A DNA stretch of 63,844 nt, filler included, from Rhabdomonas costata (lineage: Eukaryota): NCBI GenBank assembly GCA_019059605.1. It is 14 parts of 14 records of this genome, joined end to end, with 100 filler letters (N's around TTAATTAATTAA, not from the genome) between each part and the next. Parts side by side here need not be neighbours in the genome. Positions count along the whole stretch, not along the records: positions 1 to 4,471 come from JAHMHO010000234.1; positions 4,572 to 9,038 come from JAHMHO010000235.1; positions 9,139 to 13,708 come from JAHMHO010000236.1; positions 13,809 to 18,262 come from JAHMHO010000237.1; 10 more parts are not named here. One strand, written 5' to 3'. Below the pieces are notes generated by a model, which worked only from the letters and a program-made list of their open reading frames with translations, searched no databases and was not told the DNA's origin. The position numbers and the translations under genes were made by a program. Below, one piece after another: positions 1 to 14,145 of this stretch (position 1 is its first letter; each line of letters starts with the position of its first letter).

Positions 1-65
1 GGTTTTTGGTAGCCACGATTATTCACAGCCTCAACCCGGGTGGGTGGGTGATCTGTGGTCTGAGT

Positions 66-2108
<2,043 letters not shown>

Positions 2109-2649
2109 TCATAATAAGTGGTAAAAACCCTTAGATTTCCCGCCCCAGAAAACTGAAGTACCGGGTTGGGAGGAAATATTTGACCAAGAACACCAGCAAA
2201 GCGTCCTCCAGGGAGTGCGTTGTTCGCTGCATATCCCCCACCTCCGCGAAGAAGCTGGTTCCGCGCCTTCGCTGGAGATCCTGACAAGCCCATAGAAAAC
2301 GACGAAACATTGGAAAGCAATTGGAAAGGTGGAAAGAGCAGACTCCGCGCGTGATCGATCGTAGAAGCCGTTATTTCTTTTACCTACTGAAGAGGGCTAC
2401 GCCAAAGCACAAAGCAGGGGGTCTTTTGTCAAAAACGGCCTCCCGAACCGCAGCGTGGAGAGTCGTTGGACCTCAGGTCTTGTCTCTCATTGAATCTATC
2501 TCTGAGTCCATACATCCCACCGCAAAACTTAATAGAGCCCAAAAACTTTCCTGCACACTTCCGCGGGGTCCCACCAACCTCACCCGAGACCAAAGTCAAA
2601 TTCGTCATCTGTCAACCTTTTTTACGCTCTTTCTTTCTTTTCTTTTCTT

Positions 2650-2695
2650 TACTTTACTTTACTTTACTTTACTTTACTTTACTTTACTTTACTTT
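2650..2695. repeat. (TTTAC)n microsatellite
   Basis: About 9 tandem TTTAC units inside a T/C-rich tract. Confidence 0.9.
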
Positions 2696-4471
2696 TCTTT
2701 TCTTTTCTGTTTTTGACTTTCGGGGGGATTTTACGTTTTTTTAAAAGCAAAACTAAGAACGGCTTAGCCGAAGCAGGCCTCATGCAGTCGTTTGTGTACA
2801 GCGCAGGCCTCCCGAAACGCTGCGTGTGGCCGGTCCTTGGGGTCACAATTTTCTGACCTTTCACCCTCGGCTCCTTGGTATCCTCTTTGCGCTGCTTCTT
2901 GCCCCACGCCGCCCAGGCAGCGGAGGGTTTACGATGGTACACCGTATTTACAAGTAATATTTTGCATTGCTTTTATGTTTTTAAAATCTGAACAATCGTG
3001 ACCAGACCCAACTCTTCACGTGTTGCGAAGAGATGTGAGTAACGTGAGAAGCCGCAGGCGAACCTCCATCCTGCGAAGCCTCTGCATCTCGTCCACCAAG
3101 TGGCTCAGGGGGTGAGTCAGAAGCCTCACCACCATGAACATCACCAGGCACGTGCTGAAAACACAACGTAAACACGTTCACCGGATAATAGAACTGCTGG
3201 GCATGTTCGCAACGGCCTCATCAATGCAGGTGTGTCAGGCGGGCTGAAGGCAGCCACGACTACATACCAATTAAATGATGCACTCGCCGTGAATCCCACT
3301 GCGGAATTGGTGGTGTGTATGTTCCCTTCCAGCAACCAACAACCGACGTACATATGATGGGCGGATCGAAGAGAAGGCGCACATCTGGTGACTTACAGGC
3401 GACTCACAGATCGACCACGATGGAGGTAATCATCACCATAGCCGAAACCGAAACCGAAACCTTGTGAGTTGAGGTGGCTTCCTTATGAGATTCCTGCCGG
3501 TGACGTCACTGAACCAGCAACCAGCACCGAAGCCCCTTCTCCCCCACTCGCCCCCACCAATAAAAGCAAAGCGAAAAAATCATATCATACGCCATGGCTA
3601 CATTGCAGAACGACCGCATATGGCAGAAGCAGCAAGGGAGCGGGGCTGTGCTTCCGTTCAGGAGCGGTGTGCACAGCAATGAGCGCCGCAAATATTCCAG
3701 AAGAGCTCTTCCTAGAGGCGGGGGTGGGGGGTAAAAATGCACACCCAACAATGCACAGGGCTACCATGCCCACAGTGAAGGGCAGTGCGGCGTTGATCTT
3801 CTCCAGCCACTTCGATGAGCTAGTGGCCACGACAAGAGCCCATTCCAAGCCCTGCGGCACAGCACAGCGCACGAGAAGGAGGGGATGAGGCGTCCTCTAC
3901 TCCAAACAGCTCAGCCGGCCATTCACAAGGCACACACCATTCAGGAGGTTCTGCCAGCCGGTTTTCAATTTCCATTTCAGGTTGTTTGACCTGGAGCAAG
4001 GTGGTGGTCCGAGACCTGGTTGTGACTGGGGACAGTGAAGCACTTCGGAATGGACTTTTCCAACAAAGCCTGTTTGCAACGCTTCCGGACACAGCCTAAT
4101 GGTGGGTTTGGTGATGGACTGCGCGCTCATGCAGTTGAGCCTTGCGAACCAATAGTCGCTTACAATATGCCTTCGTTTTGCACAGGTGAAGCTTATGATC
4201 ATGCGTGAGTGGCGACCCACACATGGTAGGCAACTACCTGATTGACTTGTGGTTAAAAACCTGGCTAATACCTCCAACGTAGTGCCATTCTTGGGTAAGT
4301 AGAAACTCAACACAATGCAATAAAGCTAATTTTCCAGCTCATCACAGCACATCACCACCAAACCGGGACGTTGATCCGCCGCACGTTGACGAAGTACCCG
4401 GACACAAACAACGTCGAGTCCTCCTGCGCACCGTTCTCCCGGAACGCCGCCCACCCAACGCTCCCCAACCC

Positions 4472-4571
4472 NNNNNNNNNNNNNNNNNNNNNNNNNNNNN
4501 NNNNNNNNNNNNNNNTTAATTAATTAANNNNNNNNNNNNNNNNNNNNNNNNNNNNNNNNNNNNNNNNNNNN
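4472..4571. other. Artificial contig-joining spacer (N44-TTAATTAATTAA-N44), first of 13
   Basis: Identical 100-nt spacers with stops in all six frames also occur at 9039-9138, 13709-13808, 18263-18362, 22809-22908, 27382-27481, 31930-32029, 36516-36615, 41055-41154, 45592-45691, 50126-50225, 54648-54747 and 59330-59429. Sequences on either side of a spacer are not physically linked. Confidence 0.99.
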
Positions 4572-5039
4572 GGGCCGTTCTCTTCATTCTGACTATCCTT
4601 TAACGGGGTTTTGTGGACGACTGGGAAAGCATAGTTTCGTGGCAAGGCCAGGGGCAAGATGCGGGGCAGGCACCGAGAACGTCAAAGGAAAAGCACGGTA
4701 CAAAATTGTCAAAAAAAACGATATAGAATTTGTGTTTCCTGCCTCATCCCAACACTTCTGGCAGAGGCCCGCTCTAATGTCTGCCTACCGGAATTCTGTA
4801 CCACGAGTATGTCGCAAGCGACGCGCAGGCCAAACACGAGCAAGTACTTGCATTAACGTTTTCGACAGAAACCGAAATGTGCTTGTGACGACGGGGGGAG
4901 CACAGAGCGCTGAAAGCACTCCTGCGCTCTTCACCGGCATAGCTGAAATCCAAGAGAAGTAACTATAATACAGCACTGAAAACTTTCAATCACAGCAAAG
5001 TGTTCCCCGGAAACGGCCAGAGGCTCCAGCTGTACCCCC

Positions 5040-8000
5040 TCAGAGGGCTTTTCTCCACGCCGGTACAGCCTTGCCGGTGTGTCGGATGGGTGCAGGAGAA
5101 GCGGGGTGGTGGCCTCGCAGAAGAACGGCGTCCTTGGAACTGCAGGTGGGGTCTGGGCAGCGAAACTTCACACACTCCTCGCGGCGGTTGGAGACCTGAG
5201 AAAACAGCGCCCTCCTCCGGCAAACTGTGAGGGACAAATCAATGCAAACGTTTGCGCGATCTATGGGAGGACTCGTAGGGAAGAAAGAAACCAGGTCGAA
5301 ATTACATCATCCCAAGAATTTCCTCTCCCTCGCTGACACCTTCAAAAAAAGGTCCAACTGCCCGTGGAAAAGTTTTGCCGTATCATGGAAAACGAAGGAC
5401 GATGCATAATCTTGGTGCATTCATCTCCAATACACAAAGGCGGATTTAATTTGTCGCTGCTCCCAAGGTGTCTATGAAAACATTGAAAACATGGGGAATT
5501 ACGAGAAACCCGCAGAGTGAGAAAAAAGTTATGCCTGCGTGCCACTCAGCACTCGGTCAAAGTTCCGGGCCACTAGCGGGCGAGTGGGCACCTGCTGGGC
5601 CAACCTGTGGGTAAAAACGCAGGGGTGCACATTGTCATACTCACCCAAAAGAAATGTACACCACACACACACACACACATTTGCGCGATTTCTGGAGCTC
5701 GAGAAGGGAAAAAGCAAACCGGGTGAGCCTCTTGTGGGGCTCCACGGCAGCTGCCTTCCAGTCCCTTTGCCGAACCCGCTCCAGCCGCCTCTGCACTGCT
5801 GCAATGTCCTGTGCATGGCTGTGCATCACTTCCTCTTGGCTCATCATCCGCGGGGTCGGGGTGCTGGCGCGGCGTGCCTGCACCTCGGCCAGCTTGGCCT
5901 GCTGCCGCGCCTCTCGGTACTGCTGCACCGCTCCCCTTTGGGCCTCAACCCGCCGCTGCATGGCTTCTGTTTGGCTCTGCTGGGCCTGCAGCTCTTGCTC
6001 ACGGTGCTGCTGCTCGGCCTCCAGCTGCCGCTGTCGCTGAAGCTCTTTCCACTCAGCGATTTCCTGCCACCAGTAAAAACCACCGGGGGGTACAAAAGTG
6101 GAACTTGAAAATGAGCGCTGGACCGACTGTGCACTCAGCAGTAGTAATAGGCGCACTGCATTTGAATCACAGCCCAAAGGAGTTCGCACCGTTTCTTTAT
6201 AAAGCGGAAGAGGAATTCAAGCTCCACAGCTTTCCACAGCAGCGCCTATTTAAGTGTGATAGACGAACAAGAACACAGAAACAAATTTCACCAGCAGGTG
6301 GTGTAGAGAGGCCAACAATAGTTTCAATAGAAACTATTGTACCACTACGAACTCCACCTCACAGTGGCCAAAGACCCTTTTCTGCTGCTTCATATGTTCT
6401 TTCACCATATGACCCCTCACAAACCCGTCAGCTTCGCCAGTTCCGCCAATTTTGCCAATGATGAGTCAACGCCTCTTATCAACGGCCGAAAAGAACAGAA
6501 AACTGGCCTTCCCTGTCAAATATCTCAGCTAGCTTTTGGGGCAGACCACTCACCTGCCTCAGCTTCTCCCTGTTCTCCTTCTCCCGCTGCTGCTTTTCCC
6601 GCTGCTGCTGCAGCACAGTCTTCTCAGGCTTCTGCCGCTGCTGCTGCCGCTCCGCCTCATTGGCTTGGTCCGCGGCCCGCGCCGCACGCCACGCCTGCAC
6701 CGCGTCTCGCTGGCGTTGCTGAAGGCTAAGGTACTGACCACACCAACGCAGGCATTGCAGAACACGACGAAAACATCACAGCGGAATTAAAAAATGACAC
6801 CTTGACGTGTGCCCCTAGCCGCACCGAGCAACCGTGTCCAAAAAAGTGGACAAAGAGACGAGCACCCACTGTTCAACCTGCTCGACACACCGACAGATTT
6901 AAAAAGGTTGTCCGACACAAGGGCGCCACCACATTCACACCAAATATTGGTTTGTTGTCAACATTTTTCTTTTCACACGTACACTGCTCTGGAGCAACAA
7001 AAAATAAACCAACATTTGGAGCACAACAAGAAGGACCCTCTGCTCTTGCTTATCACAGTCAACCCGCATAGAGCACAAGCTAATTGTGAGACACTTGCAA
7101 CAGCGGAGTTTACCTCCTCGTGCCACAGCACGTGCTGCAGCGCAGTGCGCTCGTCTTGAAGCGGAACTTCCTGGACCACCCGCCGGAGGAGCTCTTCCCT
7201 GTTTGTAGCCTGGGAAAAATCCATGATAGAACATAACTCGGAAAAACAGCGCGCGTAGTGTTCAGCAAGGAAACGGCAAACAAAAAATGAGGGGTGAGGG
7301 GTGAGGCAGCGTGGACACGGCATTCAAGCGAGATTTTGAGGACTTCTTCATTTTCCTTTTTTACGCTCCGGATATTTTGCTTGCCTCTCCATTGCAGCTG
7401 TGGTTGTGCACCATTTCCAATCTGCTGCATGCCATTTTCATTTTTTGCCCATTCTCTCCACCATTCTGTTTGTTCCTTCCTCTTCTCCCACTCCAAGCCT
7501 CCTTAGGTCCCCCAACCTGACTGATCGCAATCAACAGGGTGGAGGCCACTCCTCCCGTGGCAGCTGATAATACAGGATGTAAAACAAGAAACACGCCACC
7601 GAGAAAAAAGCCACCTGAGCCTTGAGTCTCAAAAAGTGAGCATGGTCTTCCGCAGACCACCCTCCGTTTAACCCGCCGCTCCTGTGCAGAAAGGTCTGCC
7701 ACGCCACCACCTCCGCAGGCAGTCCCACGGACGCCGAGACCCCGTTGCCTGCTCGAGGTGTCCCCCCGACCAAAGAGGAGCGGCGGCCTGCTGAGCTGCC
7801 TCGGAACGGCGTCGATGCTGCCACAACAGGGGCTGCAGGAGACGCAAGAGTTCTGCAGAAAGGGGCTCTGCATGAAGTGGAGGGCTCGGCCTCCCACCCC
7901 TCGAAGTGGGAGGAGAGAAGAGAGAGCTCGCGAGACAACGACCGCTCCTCAAGATCAAGCTGTGAAGGAGAGAGTATGCGCTCCATCATAGACATTTAGT

Positions 8001-8790
8001 TCAGTTAAAAAAGCAAAGAAGAGAAGGCATCTCAGACAGGAAGCATGCAACTGAGCTAATCTCGCAAAACGAGACTCTTTCCTCACCAAAACCAACCAAG
8101 AGAAACCAAGAAACCAAGAAACCAAGAAACCAAGAAAGAGCTTTGATAGGAGAACCGCCTGCAAAACGTTTGTAAATATTTCATCGGAAAAACACACCCA
8201 CCCAGATCACGTCGACGCATGAGGCCAAGGTACTCAACCGCGGCCAGAGTTTGACGAAACGTTTAGATGACAGGCACACACAAAGACGCTCCCAAGTATT
8301 ACCTCCTGAAACTGAAGTTGGACGCCCTGTTTCTGGGAGTGCAGCTCTTCTTCGATGGCGGAGCTGAGCTTGCCAACGTTCTGCAGCAGAAACTCATGGC
8401 AGCCCTGAGCTGAGGCAACGGGAGATACATACTCGCAAAAAAGAAAGAAGAGTGAAAGTGAGAGTGCGCACACAACCTCTCCTGTTGCGAACTCACTCTC
8501 CAACGCAAATTGTCAGCCTTTCCAGTAACGTTGTGCGTGCCTTCCCGCCCATTGCATCCCGTGGGGTTTTGCAGTTCGCTTCTCTTGTCTTACGGGTTGG
8601 AAGAAATACGAAGGTCTCTGCAGTGAAATTAATAACCTTGTCGTCGTATGGGACCCAACAGGACAACATAAACAAGCGCGGCACAACAGGGCACTTGATT
8701 ACACACAACAGCACTAACCTCCTCGAGCCTCTTGAACAAGGGTGACGAGTTGGGCCACCTTTGTCCGCAACTTGCTGATGCTGGACAGCA
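5040..8790 (-). CDS. CCDC112-like coiled-coil protein, 5'-truncated (8 exons)
   Basis: Exons 8790-8719, 8409-8303, 7959-7615, 7209-7114, 6733-6554, 6063-5720, 5604-5535 and 5195-5040 are phase-consistent; the last intron is GC-AG. Motifs GGLNGGWSAEDHAHFL, QHVLWHEEYLSLQQRQRDAVQAWR and C-terminal KAVPAWRKAL* resemble the CCDC112 family as I recall it. Confidence 0.75.
8096..8137. repeat. Intronic (AAGAAACC)n tandem repeat
   Basis: 4-5 tandem 8-mers, one imperfect. Confidence 0.8.
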
Positions 8791-9172
8791 CTGAGGCTCG
8801 GTGCGCAGCAGTTGCGCTCTGGAGGAAGACGAAGGAAAAGAGATAGCAAGAATGTTTAACTCTTCAGCATCTCGAACTGCTGCTGTGAATCTAATGCTTA
8901 CAGAAAACTCTCACTACAAAAAAGCTCTGTCTGTGATGGCTGGGGCAGTCATCACTCATTTTCCCCTGTGCAACACCCGCCCTTTTCATCGAGGCAAAAT
9001 ACTGTTCGAGACACCTTGTGAAGCTTCTCAACCACACCNNNNNNNNNNNNNNNNNNNNNNNNNNNNNNNNNNNNNNNNNNNNTTAATTAATTAANNNNNN
9101 NNNNNNNNNNNNNNNNNNNNNNNNNNNNNNNNNNNNNNGAGAGAAGGTGGAACAAGGGGATTCTGCGTCGAC

Positions 9173-11050
9173 CTCGTCCAGATCGCAAAGGGTGACGGAT
9201 TCCACAGAGCTGTGCTTCAGAACCTGAAAAACAAGCAGAAAAGGCTTGGGATTCACACCATTCTCACCACACAACTATTCCCCAGGATTTCTGATCAAAC
9301 TCTCTCTTCAACGCTTTCCCCACATCACCATCTTCAATCTGAAAAGCAGTTGCATGTGTACGGCTATTAAGTTGGGGCGGTGTTGGGGGCGAACATCTCC
9401 ACAGCCACCCCAAACAAAAGGAACTCACAACCGGAGATCAAAAAGACCATGAAATTTCCGCATCTACGAGTCTTCAGGGCTCCCGAAAACGCCCCGTTGC
9501 CGAGCGACAAGCTGATGCACACCTCTCGCAAAATTCCACCGTCACCTCCACCCACAATAAGCACCTAAAAAAGCACACAAGGCCGTGCCACACAGACTGC
9601 AATCCAACGAATCAAAGTCAAGCAACCCAAGAGTCGCAGTGCGTAGCCAGTCCTATGCGAATCTGTACTTGGAAGGCTCACAGAGACCACGAGTACGCTA
9701 ACGTCCCCACAAACGTTCGTTACGTAAGAAAGCCACATTCATGGGGTCAACACCCCAACAACGGCTGAAATGCTCCACAAGGTTGCCAGGGTGGCAGCTT
9801 AAACATGTGGTCACCCAACGCTACCATCAATCGGGATGTCGTTTTGTACATCGGTACGTCCAACCAACCTGCCGTGGTACGAGGGAAACAGTCTTTTTTT
9901 TACCTTGTGCCGCTTCTTTCCCCACCGCACCGGTGGGTTTTGACGTCAATGGGAACCGTCTTCTGCATCAAACCTCGGAAGCAGGCACAGTGCAAACCCT
10001 CGGAGACCATATACTACTGAGAGGAATGCAAACCCTCTTGTCGTGGGGTACTTACCCCAGGGAATCAAAATCAGCAAGGACGCAACATAAGATTCTCCTC
10101 GATAATGCATCGAAGTTTCTTCGCGGAACGCAAGCAAGGTGAACATCCACACGTCTTTGGGACTGCTGTGGCAGAACATGGGAATGTGGGCTAAGGTCTC
10201 GTGGTAGGCGGCCTCGTTGGCCTCTGAAAGCTGAGAAATCACGGGATGCCCTTCCCACAACGAAAACGAAGGCAACGGCAAACCCTCACCTCGAGAAAGC
10301 AGAACCCTCCATCCCCAGGCATGGCGGATCGCAAGACCTAAACCACGAAGGGCCAAACACACGAATCCCTTTGCAACCAATATGCAGCTCGTGCATAACC
10401 AAGAGAGGGACTTCGGTGGCGCAGCACCTGAATGCAACCGTCCAGGCAAAAGACGTTTCCCCAGCACTTCGACTTGAAGACAAGCGCATCCTAAGCGGGA
10501 AAAAAAGCGAAACGGAAGCTCGAAAAAGGAACAAAATAAAGCTGAAAGGCGAAAAACGTCATCCTCAGCCAGCAAACCGAGCGTGGGGAGACATGCCTGA
10601 AATTTCGACTTCTGGTGGAACAACACCTCCTCAGCTTGAACACTGGTGGCCTGACCTGTGAATCGTTGTGTTCATCACACAGATGTATTCGCAGGAAAAT
10701 GTGCGGAAAGTTCTGAGACAGAATCAGTCGAGCCAGAAGCGCCAACGGAAACGGGTCGCCACGCCAAGGGAGAATGAGATACCTGTTAGCGTGGTGACAC
10801 GGCAAGACTCGGGGGCAGGGCTCGATCAGTGCAGCAGCTGACAGCGTGCTCACATTATCCCAAAGGACTCAGCAAGCGATTCCTAAAATATGGCTCGACA
10901 GATCTACTCCCCGATGGCAGCGTAAATCTCCGCGCAGTGACAGTGCGCACACTCACACAAAGCATGGAAACCTCGCCAAACCAAGGAGGGGCGAATACCT
11001 GGCCACATCGAACTGATCTCCGAAAACCATCCGTTGGCAATCATGTCCAT
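9173..11050 (-). CDS. Spermidine synthase (aminopropyltransferase), N-terminal half (6 exons)
   Basis: Exons 11050-10999, 10655-10597 (GC donor), 10490-10428, 10230-10153, 9564-9523 and 9223-9173 give MDMIANGWFSEISSMWPGQATSVQAEEVLFHQKSKFQDALVFKSKCWGNVFCLDGCIQLSEANEAAYHETLAHIPMFCHSSPKDVLIVGGGDGGILREVLKHSSVESVTLCDLDE, including the GGGDGG motif. Confidence 0.95.
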
Positions 11051-11529
11051 TGTCCGAGAGAAGAAGAAATGACAACCAAACAAACACAGAAACAGAGAAA
11101 CAGAGGAACAGAGAAATGCACTGCCGCTGTACAGAAAGACATTCCACACGCGTGTTGCCTTCTGGTACAAACAATCCCATTTTCCTGCTCACGTTCGTCT
11201 GGATAAAGAAGCCGAAAAAATGAAGTCACTGAGCAAGCCAACAAAACGCTTCTGGACGTTTCGTTTTTTGATGCGTGATAAGCGTGGACAGTCAGCAGCT
11301 AATGCAAAGGCATCGGAGCCAGCAGCTTTCCACTCGCATCGTTTTCGACACACCTTGAACTTCACACTGCGTATCTTTCGTCCTGCACAGCGACCTCCGC
11401 ATCCCCCAAAAAAGAAGGCACAACAATCCACCACACAAAAAGGGTCTTCTTCAGCAGCACAGAATGCAACACCCTACCAAGCTGCAACAGCCCCCCGCCC
11501 ATCCCACGCGCACTGCAGTGCTGCCGAGC

Positions 11530-12148
11530 TCAAACCGTCACCGTCACTTCGTGCAGAAGTCGCAGCACCCCGCACTCCTCCTCCACCATCGCAAGCTGCT
11601 GAGGGTTTTTCACCAGCACGCTCCCCGCAAACGTCGCCGCATTCAGCGCTAGCGCTCCTCCCCTGGCGGCCTCCGCAGACCTCCGCAACACCATTATCCA
11701 CGCCTTCGTAAGAAGGAACGTTGTACGACAGCCTCGGGAGTGGCGGATTGCCCGGAGAGGAAGGGAAGTGGAATGATCTGTAGAGAAAAACAGCCGCATC
11801 CTGCTGGATACAAACTCAACGAGGTGCCACCCCCGGTTCAATGAAAACGCCTCCTCACGGCCTGACTTACACGACTCCGTCACTCCACCTTTCGGGAGCA
11901 ACTTCTTAGATCCTCCGAGTCCTGTGAGAGAGGATATCATGTCATCGGTTGTCCCAACTTTTCCTTCTGGAATTCCTTCTCCTCAACTCACAAGAAGCTA
12001 CGCAGCGCACCTGGGTGTGCTTGCGGGGCTGGCTTCGGCCCGAGTGGATGACGATGTTAATGAAGCCATGCCCGTTCAGCTCCACCACAAATCTCCACGT
12101 GGCACACAGATTCGCCTCCTTCAGAGAAGGGACCAAATCCCTTCCCAT
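11530..12148 (-). pseudogene. ATP adenylyltransferase / Ap4A phosphorylase pseudogene
   Basis: An exon ending at 12011 (...GFINIVIHSGRSQPRKHTQ) splices GT-AG to 11777 (IIPLPF), a decayed SGASQxHxHxQxxPLP motif with the first His changed to Arg. An apparent internal deletion and two +1 frameshifts follow, then SYNV/LLTKAWIMVLRRS...LNAATFAGSVLVKN...*, the family C-terminal domain. Confidence 0.75.
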
Positions 12149-12954
12149 CGGCGCCGGGATTGGCGAAGTGGGCAGCGGTCAACAGCGTGGTGACGGTCTG
12201 GGTGTGGAGAATCGGCCAGACCCGGAACCCGCTCCTCGAGGACCAGCTCGGCAACCCTCAGGCTGACCTCGTTCAGGCACACCGAGCCCTGGCCACGGTC
12301 ACCCAAAAACTGGGCAAGCCCGACGGCCTNNTGGGGAATCGGCCAGACCCGGAACCCGCTCCTCGGGGACCAGCTCGGCAACCCTCAGGCTGACCTCGTT
12401 CAGGCACACCGAGCCCTGGCCACGGTCACCCAAAAACTGGGCAAGCCCGACGGCCTGCACGAGCCCCGTGAACATCGTGAAACCCGCCGAGTACCAACCG
12501 GCAACGACCTCTGCTCACCACTGCACAACCACAAAGCTAAGCAAAAGAAACAATGGCTACTGAAGAGAAAAGACCGAGACCGCGCTTTTTCATCCGCTGG
12601 TACACCATCACTAACACAGTGCTTGAGTTGAAGCGGTCAAGCAAACACGAAAGAAGAGACAAATCCTTTTACCCTTCCAACACAACAATACAAATTCCTC
12701 ACTCATGATCTATGCTGCGAAAAAGGCTTCAAAATTTTTTTAGGGAAGCGTGTGTACCACTTGTTTTGGTTAAACATTCCGCCGCAGTTCCCACCAAAAA
12801 TTCCTGAGCATCAAGCCACGCCGAAAAAGAAACCCGCGAAAAAATTTCGCTACAAGCCGTTCAACAAAACACAAAAACAAAAACCCCCAATGTGACAGTG
12901 AAATGGAACCAGGGGACGATCGATGCTGCAAACAGTTAGCAGCCCTTCGCCGCT

Positions 12955-13602
12955 TCAGCAATTAAGCCTGGCCTTCACAAAGCGGGGAACTACAAAAGCG
13001 GCAGAGTGAAGCTCTTCGTCGTAAACAGCCAGGGAGGACAGCAACTCAGGGGGAATCTTCCGGACAGGAGTCTTGCACGACCTGAAAATCAGAAACATAC
13101 TCTCGAGGAAAATGCCCAACCAGGCCCGGGGTCTTTTCTCGTTCAGGGGGCCTCCCCAAACGCTGCTTGAATGGTGCTTACTCCCTCAGGCCGCTACCCG
13201 CTAATTTCTTTCCTCTCAACCATTTGCCGGTGCAGCCCCATTCATCACCTTCTCTTTGTAAGCACTCCAAAAGCTAAAATGAAGAGATGACCGCCGGGCA
13301 TCTCTGCACGAAACACTTTATCACTTCGAAACTGAAGGGTATTGGTGCCGAGCCGTTGGAGGAGCGTGGTTCGAGGGGGTGAGAAAAGAGGGGTGGCGTG
13401 TGAGTGTACTTCTGCTTGGTGATGTAGCACCACCGCGGGTCGAAACCAACGCGCCTCCCAAACACGCACAAAAAAAACACGCACACATGCATGCACACAT
13501 ACACACAAACACACCGGCCGGAAAGATCGCACAGCAAGTACCCGATGCCCCCGGACGGGTAGAACGGCACCTGAACACTCGCGTACTCGGCTGCTGGGAA
13601 TC
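12955..13602 (-). CDS. Spermidine synthase, last two exons of a second (upstream) copy
   Basis: Exons 13602-13515 and 13081-12955 (GT-AG, phase 2) give FPAAEYASVQVPFYPSGGIGYLLCDLSGRSCKTPVRK...YDEELHSAAFVVPRFVKARLNC*, matching the PxYPSG and YxxxxHxAAFxxP motifs. Confidence 0.9.
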
Positions 13603-13931
13603 CTGTCAGACATATGTAAAAGTCCTCCGACTCGGATTTGAACCAGTTCGCAAACTTGTGATAATGAAGAGCAAATATCAAACTCAACACACAAACCACC
13701 GATAAGGANNNNNNNNNNNNNNNNNNNNNNNNNNNNNNNNNNNNNNNNNNNNTTAATTAATTAANNNNNNNNNNNNNNNNNNNNNNNNNNNNNNNNNNNN
13801 NNNNNNNNTTGTTTTTGTAAACTTCCATAAAAACTAACATTGATTCAAAACCATTATTCCCATGCTTGAGCCCGCCTCTCTCCGGTTGAGTCAATGTTAG
13901 TTTTTATGGAAGTTTACCAAAAGTGCCTTAA

Positions 13932-14001
13932 CCTTGGGGTTGATGAGGAGTGTGTTTGTACGTTTGCCTTGGGGTTGATGAGGAGTGTGTTTGTACGTTT
14001 G
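13932..14001. repeat. 35-bp direct tandem duplication
   Basis: CCTTGGGGTTGATGAGGAGTGTGTTTGTACGTTTG occurs twice in tandem. Confidence 0.9.
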
Positions 14002-14145
14002 TGTGAATTATATGAACTGATTGTGGACCGTTAACCGAGATGGGAGTGGGGATGGTGCGATAGTGAGCTGCGGGTAGGTGTGAATCCCAAGCGGCAGACA
14101 TGCGTAAGTGCGAGTTTGTTGTTTTGTTGTTCGTCGGGCAAACAG

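Noticed and set aside
4350-4450. Minus-strand coding-like block LFVSGYFVNVRRINVPVWW resembling an ABCG membrane segment
   Set aside because: Too short and at a contig end; the family cannot be supported.
4516-4527. Recurrent TTAATTAATTAA motif at about 4.5-kb spacing
   Set aside because: It is always embedded in N44 runs, so it is an artificial spacer. ORFs ending XXX-LIN and the regular spacing (contigs of similar length) are artefacts.
12209-12456. About 120-bp direct duplication around a single N
   Set aside because: The copies flank a scaffold gap and are nearly identical, consistent with an unmerged overlap or two alleles.
13817-13917. 32-bp inverted repeat resembling a MITE or hairpin
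   Set aside because: It abuts a contig start behind a G/T-only tail. The same pattern recurs at other contig ends, typical of fold-back chimeras from whole-genome amplification.
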